64,000 nucleotides of DNA from Felis catus (lineage: Eukaryota): contig NC_058368.1 of assembly GCF_018350175.1 (NCBI RefSeq), positions 173,974,001-174,038,000 of the forward strand, given 5' to 3'. Shown here one piece after another: positions 35,735 through 47,453 of the stretch. The notes below the pieces were generated by a model. That model was not told the DNA's origin, did no database searches, and saw only the letters and a list, made by a program, of their open reading frames with translations. Every line of letters begins with the position of its first letter. Within the stretch, counting starts at the first letter, position 1. A program made the position numbers and the translations under genes.

Positions 35735-37680
35735 TTACAGCTTTTTTGATGTACATATTGCCATACAATAAGCTACATGTACTTAAAGTGTGTAGTTTGC
35801 TAAATTTTGGCATAGGCATTCTCTCATGAAACCCGTCACCAAATAAAAGTAGTGGACATACTTGTCACCCACAAACATTTTTTCATGTCTATCTCTATTT
35901 CCCACCTCCCCACCAAACAACCACTGATCACGTTTGTGGGATTATAGATTAGTTTGCATTTTCTAGAGTTCCGTATAAATAGCATCATGTAGCATATACT
36001 CTTTTGTCTTGCTTCATTCAAAAAGCACAGTTATTTTGAGATTCAGCCATGGTGCTGTTTGTATACACAACATTCCTTTTTGCTGCTAACTCGCATTCCA
36101 TCGGATAGATACGCCACATTTTGTTCATCCATACACTTATTGATGGCCATTTGCTTTGTTTCCAGTTTGGGGCTATTATAAGCAAAACTGCTGTGAACAT
36201 TTATGTATAGTTCTTTGTATGGATATATATTTCCTTTTTTTCTTGGGTAAACACTTAGAGTGGAACGGCTGGATCGTATGGTAAGTATATGTTGGACTTC
36301 ACCAACATGAGGTTCTAGTTCCTCCACATCTCCACCAACACTTACCATGGTCATTCTTTTTAATTGAAGCCATCTTACTGGGTGGGTAACAGTATCTCAT
36401 TGTGCTTTTAATTAGCATTTCCCTAATGACTAATGATGTGGAGCATCTCTTCATGTGCTTATTTGCCATCTGTACATCTTCTTTAGTTAAGAGTCTGTTC
36501 AAATGTTTTGCTCATATTTTTAAAAATTGGGTTGTTTGTTTTCTTACTGTTGAGTTTTGAGAGTTCTTTATTTATTCTGGATATCAGACATATGCTTCAC
36601 AAGTATTTTCTCCTGGTGTGTGGCTTGTTGTATTTTCTTAAAAGTATCGTTCAAAGAGGAGAAGTGTTTAATTTTGATGGAGCCCAATTTATCTATTTGA
36701 TCTTTATGGGTTATCCTTTTGGTGTTTGAGCTAAGAAATCTTTGATGTGCTGTGTTACCCAGGGCCACAAAGATTTTTTCCTATACTTTCTTCTAGATGC
36801 TGTGTAGTTTTAGGTTTACATTTAGATCTATGATCCCTTTAAAAAAAATTGAGATATAATTGACATACAGCATTATATTAGCTCCACATGTGCAACACAA
36901 TGATTTGATATGTGTTTATTTTGTGAAACATTCACCACAGTAAGTCTAGTTAGCATCCTTCATCAGACATAGTTACAAAATTTTTTTTCTTGTGATGAGA
37001 ACTTTTAAGATTTACTCTCTTAGCAACTTTCTTTTTTTTTTTTTTAATTTTTTTTTCAACGTTTATTTATTTTTGGGACAGAGAGAGACAGAGCATGAAC
37101 GGGGGAGGGGCAGAGAGAGAGGGAGACACAGAATCGGAAACAGGCTCCAGGCTCCGAGCCATCAGCCCAGAGCCTGACACGGGGCTCGAACTCACGGACC
37201 GCGAGATCGTGACCTGGCTGAAGTCGGACGCTTAACCAACTGCGCCACCCAGACGCCCCTCTTAGCAACTTTCAAATATGCAAGACAAAATTATTAACTA
37301 TGGTCACCATACTGTACATCTCCACGACTTATTTATCTTATAACTGTAAGTTTATATCTTTTGACTCCCTTTGCCCATTTTGCCCACCCTCTGCCTGTCT
37401 ATGGAAACTACTGATTTGTTCTCTGTATCTCTGAGCTTCTGTGGGTGGTTTTTCTTAGATTCCACATACAAGTGAGATCATACGGTATTTGTTTTTCTCT
37501 GTGTGATCCATTTATGAGTTATTTTTATAGATGGTAACAAGTATGGATTGACAATTGTTTTTTTTTTTTTTTTTTGTATATGGATATCCAGTTGTTCCAG
37601 TATCATGTGTTGAGAAGGCTGTCTTGTCTTTACTGCATTCCCTTTGCACTATTGTCAAAAACTCATACATGGGTGGATCT
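35735..37680 (-). mobile_element. Ancient L1M 3' region (continues at 46051-~48470), containing an older L1 3' fragment at ~36845-37500
   Basis: Degenerate ORF2 C-terminus ([48 protein letters not shown]). Confidence 0.8.
37032..37258 (-). mobile_element. Young SINEC_Fc SINE
   Basis: CpG-rich body; perfect 15-bp TSD ctcttagcaactttc at 37017-37031 and 37259-37273. Confidence 0.95.
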
Positions 37681-37917
37681 TTTTTTTATACTTGTATTTG
37701 TATTTTAGTTAATTTTTTTATTTTTTAAAATTAATTAATTCGTTTTTGAATTTAAACTCAAGTTAGCATATAGTGCAACATTAATTTCAGGAGTAGATTC
37801 CTTAATGCCCCTTATGCATTTAACCCATCCCCCCTCCCACAACCCCTCCAGCAACCCTCTATTTGTTTCCTATATTTGTCTCTTTATTAAAAAAAACACT
37901 TTTTCATGTTTACTTTT

Positions 37918-38140
37918 TTTTTTTTACTTTTCTTTTTTTTGAACGTTTATTTATTTTTGGGACAGAGAGAGAGCATGAACGGGGAAGGGGCAGAGAGAGA
38001 GGGAGACACAGAATTGGAAACAGGCTCCAGGCTCTGAGCCATCAGCCCAGAGCCTGACGCGGGGCTCGAACTCCCGGACTGCGAGATCGTGACCTGGCTG
38101 AAGTCGGACGCTTAACCGACTGCGCCACCCAGGCGCCCCC
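37918..38140 (-). mobile_element. Young SINEC_Fc inserted in the tail of an older SINE (body 38154-38356)
   Basis: TSD catgtttactttt at 37905-37917 and 38141-38153. Confidence 0.92.
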
Positions 38141-38153
38141 CATGTTTACTTTT

Positions 38154-38199
<46 letters not shown>

Positions 38200-38440
38200 C
38201 AGGCAGAGGTGAGGGAAGGAGGGGCAGAGAGAAAGGGAGACACAGAATCCAAAGTAGGCTCCAAGCTCTGACCTGTCAGCACAGAGCCCAATGCAGGGCT
38301 CAAACTCACAAACCGCAAGATCAGACGCTAAACTGACTGAGCCACCGAGGTGCCCCTAAGAGTCTCTTATGTTTTTGTCCCCCTCCTGTTTTTATATTAT
38401 TTTTGCTTCCCTTCCCTTATGTTCATCTGTTTTGTATCTT

Positions 38441-41400
38441 TTTTTTTTTTTTTTTGGTTCTTGAATTTTAATCACATCTGTAAAGAGGATGTCCATAATA
38501 TTTATGTAGAAACATATATCACTGGGAAGAAATATACCACAATGCCGTTTCACACTTGAAATATTTTGAATGATTTTTGGTATATTCTTTTTCTACGAAC
38601 TGTGTATATATCATTTTTATGATTCTTTTTTAAAAATTTTTTTATTTTTTAAATTTACATCCAAATTAGTTAGCATATAGTGCAACAATGATTTCAGGAG
38701 TAGATTCCTTAATGCCCCTTACCCATTTAGCCCATCCCACCTCCCACACCTCCTCCAGTAACCCTCTGTTTGTTCTCCATATATATGAGTCTCTTCTGTT
38801 TTGTCCCCCTCCCTGTTTTTATATTATTTTTGTTTCTCTTCCCTTATGTTCATCTGTTCTGTGTCTTAAAGTCCTCATATGAGTGAAGTCATGAGATTTT
38901 TGTCTTTCTCTAACTGACTAATTTCACTTAGCATAATACCCTCCAGTTCCATCCACATAGTTGCAAATGGCAAGATTTCATTCTTTTTGATTGCCGAATA
39001 ATACTCCGTTGTATATATATACCACATCTTCTTTATCCATTCATCCATTGATGGACATTGGGCACCTTCCATACTTTGGCTATTGTTGATAGTGCTTCTA
39101 TAAACATTGGGGTGCTTGTGTCCCTTCAAAACAATATACCTGTATCCCTTGGATAAATACCTAATAGTGCAATTGCTGGGTCATAGGGTAGTTCTATTTT
39201 GAATGTTTTGAGGAACCTCCATACTGTTTTCCAGAGTGGCTGCACCAGCTTGCATTCCCACCAGCAGTGCCAAAGAGATCCTCTCTCTCCACATCCTCGC
39301 CTACATCTGTTGTTGCCTGAGTTGTTAATGTTAGCCATTCTGACAGGTGTGAGGTGGTATCTCATGGTGGTTGTGATTTGTATTTCCCTGATGATGAGTG
39401 GTGTTGAACATTTTTTCATGTGTTGCTTGGCCATCTGGATGTCTTCTTTGGAGAAGTGTCTATTCATGTCTTTTGTCCATTTCTTCACTGGATTATGGGT
39501 TTTGAGGTGTTGAGGGTTTTGAGGTTTTGAGGGTTTTTTGGGTGTTGAGTTTGAGAAGTTCTTTATAGATTTTTGGATACCGACCCTTTATCTGATATGT
39601 CGTTTGCAAATATCTTCTCCCATTCTGCTGGTTGCCTTTTAGTTTTGCTGATTGTTTCCTTCACTGTGCAGAAGCTTTTAATTTTGATGAGGTCCCAATA
39701 GTTCATTTTTTGTTTCCCTTGCCCCTGGAGACGTGTTGAGTAAGAAGTTGCTGTGGCCAAGATCAAAGAGTTTTTGCCTGCTTTCTCCTCAAGGATTTTT
39801 GTGGCTTCCTGTCTTACATTTAGGTCTTTCATCCATTTTGAGCTTGTTTTCGTGTATGGTGTAAGAAAGTGGTCCAGGTTCATCTCTCTGTATGTCGCTG
39901 TCCAGTTTTCCCAGCACCATTTGCTGAAGAGACTGTCTTTATTCCATTGGATATTCTTTCCTGCTTTGTCAAAGGTTAGTTGGCCATATGTTTGTGGGTC
40001 CATTTCTGGGTTCTCTATTCTGTTCCATTGATCTGAGTGTCTGTTCTTGTGCCAGTACCATACTGTCTTGATGATTACAGCTTTGTAGTACAGCTTGAAG
40101 TCAGGAATTGTGATGCCTCCTGCTTTGGTTTTCTTTTTCAAGATTGTTTTTGCAATTCAGGGTCTTTTCTGGTTCCATACAAATTTTAGGATTATTTGTT
40201 CTAGTTCTGTGAAGAATGCTGGTGTTATTTTGATAGGGATTGCGTTGAATATGTAGATTGCTTTGGGTAGTATCAACATGTTAACAATATTTGTTCTTCC
40301 TATCCAGGAGCATAGAATCTTTTTCCTTTATTGTGTGTCATCCTCAATTTTTTTTCATCAGCTTTCTATAGTTTTCAGTGTCTAGATTTTTCACCTCTTT
40401 GGCTAGATTTATTCCTAGGTATTTTATGGGGTTTTTTTGGTGCAACTGTAAATGGGATCGATTCCTTGGTTTCTCTTTCTGCTGCTTCATTGTTGGTGTA
40501 TAGGAATGCAACTGTGTGTCGATTTTATATCCTGCAACTTTGCTGAATTTATGAATCAGTTCTAGCAGTTTTCTGGTGGAATCTTCAGGGTTCTCCATAT
40601 AGAGTATCATGTCATCTATGAGGAGTGAAAATTTGACCTCCTCCTGGCCGATTTGGATGCCTTTTATTTCTTTGTGTTGTCTGATTGCTGAGGCTGACTT
40701 CCAATACTATGTTGAGTAACAGTGGCGAGAGTGAACACTCCTGTCTTGTTCCTGACCTTAGGGGGAAAGCTGTCAGGTTTTCACCATTGAGGATGATATT
40801 AGCATTGGGTCATTCATATATGGCGTTTATGATCTCGAGGTATGCTCCTTCTATCCCTACTTTCTTGAGGGTTTTTATCAAGAAAGGATGCTGTATTTTG
40901 TCAAATACTTTCTCTGCATCTATTGAGAGGATCATATGGTTCTTGTCCTTTCTTTTATTGATGTGATGAATCACATTAATTGTTTGTGGATGTTGAATCA
41001 GCCCTGCATCCCAGGTATAAATCCCACTTGGTCGTGGAATAATTTTTTTTAATGTATTGTTGGATCTGGTTGCTAATATCTTGTTGAGGACTTTTGCGTC
41101 TATGTTCATCAGGGAAATAGGTCTTTAGTTCTCCTTTTTAGTGGGGTCTCTGGTTTTAGAATCAAGGTAATTCTGGTTTCATAGAATGAGTTTGGAAGTT
41201 TTCCTTCCATTTGTATTTTTGGGAATAGCTTCAAGAGAATAGGTGTTAACTCTTCCTTAAATATTTGGTAGAATTCCCCTGGAAGGCCATCTGACCCTGG
41301 ACGGACTCTTGTTTTTTGGGAGATTTTTGATGACTAATTCGATTTCCTTACTGGTTATGGGTCTGTTCCAATTTTCTATTTCTTTCTGTTTCAGTTTTGG

Positions 41401-44400
41401 TAGTGTATATGTTTCTGGGAATTTGTCCATTTCTTCCAGATTGCCCATTTTATTGGCATATAATCGCTCAGAATATTCTTTTATTATTGTTTTTATTTCT
41501 GATGTGTTGGTTGTGATCTCTCCTCTTTCATTCTTGATTTTCTTTGTTTGGGTCCTTTCCTTTTTTTTTTTGATCAAACTGGCTAGTGGCTTATGAATTT
41601 GTTAATTCTTTCAAAGAACTAGCTTCTGATTTCATTGATCTGTTCTACTGTTTTATTTTGGTTTTGATAGCATTAATTTCTGCTCTAATCTTTATTATTT
41701 CCTGTCTTCTGCTGGTTTTGGGTTTTATTTGCTGTTCTTTTTCCAGCTCTTTAAGGTGTAAGGTTAGGTTGTGTATCTGAGATCTTTCTTTCTCTTTTAG
41801 GAAAGCCTGGATTGCTATATACTTTCCTCTTATGACCGCCTTTGCTGCGTCCCAGAGGTTTTGGGTTGTGGTGTTATCATTTTCATTGGTTTCCATATAC
41901 TTTTTAATGTTATCTTTAACTTCTTGGTTAGCCCATTCATTCTTTAGTAGGATGTTTTTCAGTCTCCAAGTATTTGTTGCCTTTCCAAATTTTTTCTTGT
42001 GGTTGATTTTGAGTTTCATAGCATTGTGGTCTGAAAATATGCATGGTATGGTCTCGATCGTTTTGTACTTGCTGAGGGCTGGCTTGTGTCCCAGTATGTG
42101 GTCTATTCTGGAGAATGTTCCATGTGCACTGGAGAAGAATGTATATTCCACTGCTTTAGGATGAAATGTTCTGAATATATCTGTTGAGTCCTTCTGGTTC
42201 AGTGTGTCATTCAAAGCCATCGTTTCCTCATTGATTTTTTTATCAGATAATCTGTCCATTCCTGTGAGTGGGCGGTTGAAGTCTCCTACTATTAGGGTAT
42301 TATTATCAATGAGTTTTTTATGTTTGTGAATAATTGGTTTATATATTTGCGAGCTATCACATTTGGAGCATAAATGTTTACAATTGTTAGGTCTTCTTCG
42401 TGGATAGACCCCTTAATTATGATATAATGCCCTTCTTCATCTCTTGATACAGTCTTTATTTTAAAGTCTAGATTGTCTGATATAAGTGTGGCTACTCTGG
42501 CTCTCTTTTATTGACCATTAGCATGATAGATAATTCTCCATCCCCTTACTTTCAGTCTGAAGGTGTCTTTAGGTCTAAAGTGGGTCTCTTGTAAACAGCA
42601 TATGGATGGGTCTTGTTTTCTTATCCATTCTGTTACCCTATGTCTTTTGATTGAAGCATTTAGTCCATTGACGTTTAGACTGAGTATTGAAAGATATGAA
42701 TTTATTGCCATTATGTTGCTTGTTGAATTGGAGTTTCTGGTGGTGTTCTCTGTTCCTTCCAGTCTTTGTTGCTTTTGGTATTCATTCATTCATTCATTCA
42801 TTCATTCATTTGTATTTTCATCTCTTCTCCCCTCAGAGAGTCCCCCTAAAATTTCTTGCAGAGCTGGTCTAGTGGTCACAAACTCCTTTAATTTTTGTTT
42901 GTTTGGGAAACTTTTAATCTCTCCTTCTATTTTGAATGACAGCCTTGCCGGATAAAGAATTCTTGGCTGCACATTTTTCTGATTCAGCACATTGAATATA
43001 TCCTGCCACTCCTTTCTGGCCTGCCATGTTTCTGTGGATAGGTCTGCTGCAAACCTGATCTGTCTTCCCTTGTAAGTTACGGACTTTTTTTCCCTTGCTG
43101 CTTTCATGATTCTCTCCTTGTCTGAGTATTTTGTGAATTTGACTATGATATGCCTTGTTGAGGGTTGGTTTTTGTTGAATCTAATGGGAGTCTTCTGTGC
43201 TTCCTGGATTTTGATGTCTGTGTCTTTCCCCAGGTTAGGAAAGTTTTCTGCTATGATTTGCTCACATAACCCTTCTCCCCCTATTTCTATCTCTTCATCT
43301 TCTGGGACCCCTATGATTCTGAGGTTGTTCCTTTTTAATGAGTGACTGATTTCTCTAATTCTTAAATAGTGCTCTTTTGCTTTAATCGCCCTCTTTTTTC
43401 CTGCTTTGTTATTCTCCATAAGTTTGTTCTCTATATCGCTGATTCTCTGTTCTGCCTCATCCATCCTTGCCGCCGCAGCATCCATTTGAGATTGCAGCTC
43501 AGTTACAGCATTTTTTATTTCATTCTGACTAGCTCTTACTTCTTTTATCTCCGCAAAAAGGGATTCTAGTCTATTTTTGACTCCAGCTAGTATTCTTATT
43601 ATGGTTATTCTAAATTCTGGTTCAGACATCTTGCTTGTATCTGTGTTGGTTAAGTCCCTGGCTGTCGTTTCTTCCTGCTCTTTCTTTTGGGGTGAATTCC
43701 TTCATTTCCTCATTTTGAAGGGAGAAAAGGAATTCATGAGGTAGAAAAATTAAAATTAAAATAAAAAAATTAAAATTAATAAATTAAACACACACACACA
43801 AAATCGAATACATGATGCTAGATCCTAGGTGTGTTTTGGTCTGGGTGTTGAAAGAGGCTTGATAGATTAGAGAAAAAAGGGGAAGGAAGAAAAAAAAAGG
43901 AAATCATTTGAAAATTTGAAAAAATGAATATAGTGAATTAGACTAAAATGAAATGATGGACGTAAATTAGAATTTTTAAAATTTACACAAAAGTAAAGAA
44001 TATAGTAGAAAAATTAAAGAAAAATATTTTTAATACAAATTAAAAATAAAGATGATTGTTTTCTCTTTCTGTATTCAAGAAAAAGTAAAGAAACAAAAAA
44101 GAAAAAAAAAGAAAACAAGGAAATCGTTTGAAAATTTGAAAAAATGAATACACTGAAGTAGACTAAAATAAAATGATGGAAGTAAAATAGAATTTGAAAA
44201 AATTTACACATAAGTAAAAAATATAGTAAAAAAATTAAAGAAAAGTATTTTTAATAAAAATTGAAAATAAAAATGAGTTTTTTTCTGTTTCTGTATTCAA
44301 GAAAATGAAAAATGGAAAAGAAAAAAGAAAAAAGAAAAAAGAAAGAAAGAAAATTAAATAGATGGGCCTGCTAACAGACTGAAATACATCTGAAATTACT

Positions 44401-45637
44401 TCATTTTCCCCTAGAAGTCAGACTGTGAAGTGCTTTATAGTCCATAAACTAAGCAGGTGGTGAGACTTCTCTTCTTGAAGAGTGAGGTTCACCCAGTTGG
44501 GCAGGGCTTAGTGTAATGGCTCTGTTTTCCACTAGATGGTGCTGCTAGCCTACTGGGGTGGAGTATTGCGGGGCTAGTAGGTGCGTATACGCATTCGCGG
44601 GATCGGTGAAAATGGCGTCACCCAGCTACCCAGTCTCTAGTATTGGGACTCTGTTCTCCTGGATCAACAATTGCCCACCCATCCTCTGTCTTCAGCTTTT
44701 GTCCACTCCCCTCTTTTACACTGTCTGTGACAAAGCCCCAGGTAGTAAGTACATCTCTCCTGAGTTTTGTCTCAGATGTGGCTGTTTTCCTCGGCCCCTT
44801 ACTTCTGAGGGACTGTGGCTTTGACCTGTTCTTCCCTCTGTGGAGTGTCTCACTGAGCAATGCCGGTGCCGGCTGCACCTTGGAAAGTTCGCGGGACAGT
44901 GCTGCTGCCGATGCCCAGAGACTGTGGCCAGGTGCCAGCCCACCCCAGAAAAAGTTCGCGAGATAGTGTAGCAGCAGCGTTTCAGGGATTATGGAAAATC
45001 ACAACACACATCTTGCACCAAGCTTCAGCCTTAAAGACCTTGTTCCAGCACCAGCGAATGTGGCCGTTCTCTGGGGTCTGCTGGGCCCAGGTGGCCTCAC
45101 AGCCTCTACCAAATGTCCTTCCAGCAGTGGAACCGCTTCTCCCCGTGTGGCCTAAGGACTCCTGGACCCCACTCTGCTCTTGGGGATTTGCCCTTCCCAC
45201 CAGAGCACCACCAGGTATCGAGCTGCGGAGTTTCAGACTCTGCGTTCCCCCTGTTTATAGTCTTAATGGAATTTAAACCCTCACCTTTCTCCTGTCTCCC
45301 TTTTTAGTTCAGTCCCTGTGGCTGTTTCCCATTTTACACTTTCTCTCCAGCTGCTTTTGGGGAGGGGTGCTTTTCCTGTATTCTCCCCACCTTCTCTGTC
45401 CTCTCTCTGCACACAAAAACACCTCCCTGCCCTCCGTGGCTTCTCTCTCCCCCAGTTCACCTCTCTGCACCACATACCTGCTGAATTCTGTGGTTTGGTT
45501 TGTGCAGATTGTTGTGTTAATCCTCAGATCAGTTTTCTAGGTGTGCAGGATGGTTTAGTGTTGGCCTGGCTGTATTTCATGGATGTGAGACACACAAAAA
45601 ACTTCTGTGCTGTTCCGCCATATTGGCTCCCCCCCCA
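38441..45637 (-). mobile_element. Full-length but inactivated feline L1 (L1-C, ~7.2 kb including a 3' transduction)
   Basis: 5' end GGGGGGGGAGCCAATATGGCGG; ORF1 open over 42802-43629; ORF2 fragmented; perfect 14-bp TSD ctgttttgtatctt at 38427-38440 and 45638-45651 followed by AA. Confidence 0.97.
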
Positions 45638-46718
45638 CTGTTTTGTATCTTAAATTCCTCACATGAGTTAAATCATATGATATTTGCCTTTCTTTGAGTA
45701 ATTTCACTTAGCATAATACCTTCTAGTTCCATCCATGTAGCTGCAAATGGCAAGATTTCATTCTTTTTGATTGCCAAGTAATAATCCATTGTATATACAT
45801 ATACCACATCTTTTTTATCCATTCGTCTGTCGATGGACATTTGGGCTCTTTCCATACTTTGGCTGTTGTCAATGGTGCTGCTATAAACACTGGGGTGCGT
45901 GTGCCCCTTCAACACAGCACACCTGTATCCCTTGGATAAATACCTAGTAGTGCAATTGTTGGGTCATAGGGTATTTCTATTTTTAATTTTTTGAGGAACA
46001 TCCATACTGTTTTCCAGAGTGGCTGCACCAATTTGCATTTGGGTGGGTCTATATCTTGACTCTCTCTTCTGTTCCACTGATCTATGTGGCTACTTGATGC
46101 CAATACCATGCTATCTTGATTAATGTAATAATTCTTGAATTCAGATAGTCTTAGACCTTCAACTTTGTTCTTCTTTTTCAGAGGTGTGTGTGTGTGGGGG
46201 GGGGGGTGGTGAATTCTGGCTTCTTTGCATTTCCATATGAATTTTGGAATTAGCTTGTCAATTTGTACAAAAACTTGCTGATATTTTAATTTGGATTGTG
46301 TTGACTATATGCATCCATTTGGAGAGAATTGACATGTTAATAATATTGAGTATTCCAACCCAGTAACAAGGTGTATCCCTAGGTTTATGATTTTTCCTTT
46401 AGTATTTCAAATATGTTGTTCATTGTCTTCTTGGCTGAATTGTTTCTGATGAGAAGTCTGTGTTATTCTTATATTTGTTTTTCTATATGTGATGTGCTTT
46501 TTTTTCTCTGTTTTCAAATTTTCTCTGTTTCTCATTAACTGGTTTTGAGCAATTTTATTATGATGTGTCCTGGTGTAGTGTTCTTGATGTTTCTTGTACT
46601 TGGAATTTGTTGAGCTTCTTGAATTTGTGTGTTTTTATCAAATTTAAAATATTTTGGGTGTCATTTATTCAAATAGTTTTTCTCTCCATCCCTGTCTTCT
46701 TCAGGAATTCCAATTGAC

Positions 46719-46756
<38 letters not shown>

Positions 46757-46889
46757 TATGTATATATATGTATATATGTATATATATGTATATATATATA
46801 CATATATACGTATATATGTATATACGTATATATGTGTATATATATGTATATATATATTATAGTATATATATAATATTTACATATATATA
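46719..46889. repeat. Compound (TA)n/(CA)n/(TATG)n simple repeat
   Basis: Read directly. Confidence 0.95.
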
Positions 46890-46938
46890 GTTGTTCCATA
46901 GTTTGCTGCCACTTCTCTTCATTAGTTAAAATTATCTT

Positions 46939-47047
46939 GGGGGGCACCTGGCTGGTTGGTGGAGCATCAGGTCTTGATCCTGGGGTTGTGAGTTTGAGAT
47001 CCAAGTTGGGTATAGAGATTACTTTAAAACAAAATCTTTAAAAAAAT
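46939..47047 (+). mobile_element. Short tRNA-like carnivore SINE
   Basis: gggggcacctggctggttgg...tggggttgtgagttt...agagattact; aaaattat flanks. Confidence 0.7.
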
Positions 47048-47234
47048 TATTTTTTCTTTGTTTTATTTTGGATAGTTTCTATTGCTATGTCCATAAGTTC
47101 ACTAATATTTGTTTCTGTAATGACTGATTTGCTAACAATCTCATTCAGTATATTTTTCCTTACATATTATAGTTTCCATTTTTAAAATTTAGGGTCTTTT
47201 AAAAAATGTTTTCCCTGTTTCTAGTTAACTTTTT

Positions 47235-47453
47235 TTAAATTTTTTTTTTAATGTTTATTTATTTTTGAGAGAGACAGAGACAGAATGTGAGTGGGTTAGG
47301 GGCAGAGAGAGAGGGAGACACAGAAGCAGAAGCAGGCTCCAGGCTCTGAGCTGTCAGCACAGAGCCCGACGCAGGGCTCGAACTCACGAGCTGTGAGATC
47401 ATGACCTGAACCGAAGTCGGACGCTCAACCGACTGAGCCACCCAGGCGCCCCT
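47235..47453 (-). mobile_element. SINEC_Fc-like SINE
   Basis: TSD ctagttaacttttt at 47221-47234 and 47454-47467. Confidence 0.93.

Larger units (their letters stand above)
37681..46039 (-). mobile_element. 5'-truncated feline L1 3' fragment split by two SINEs and by full-length L1-C
   Basis: 3' UTR pieces at ~37720-37885, 38357-38440 and 45638-46039 join seamlessly; TSD tgggtgg(a/g)tct at 37670-37680 and 46040-46050. Confidence 0.85.

Noticed and set aside
4203..43569. + strand hydrophobic ORFs repeated between L1 copies
   Set aside because: Antisense frames of A-rich L1 coding sequence; useful only as identity markers
21073..45637. L1-B and L1-C as a segmental duplication
   Set aside because: Flanks, TSDs, transductions and 5' UTR structure all differ; similarity is confined to the L1 bodies
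46654..47004. Tyr/Ile-rich ORFs
   Set aside because: Translations of the TA-rich simple repeat
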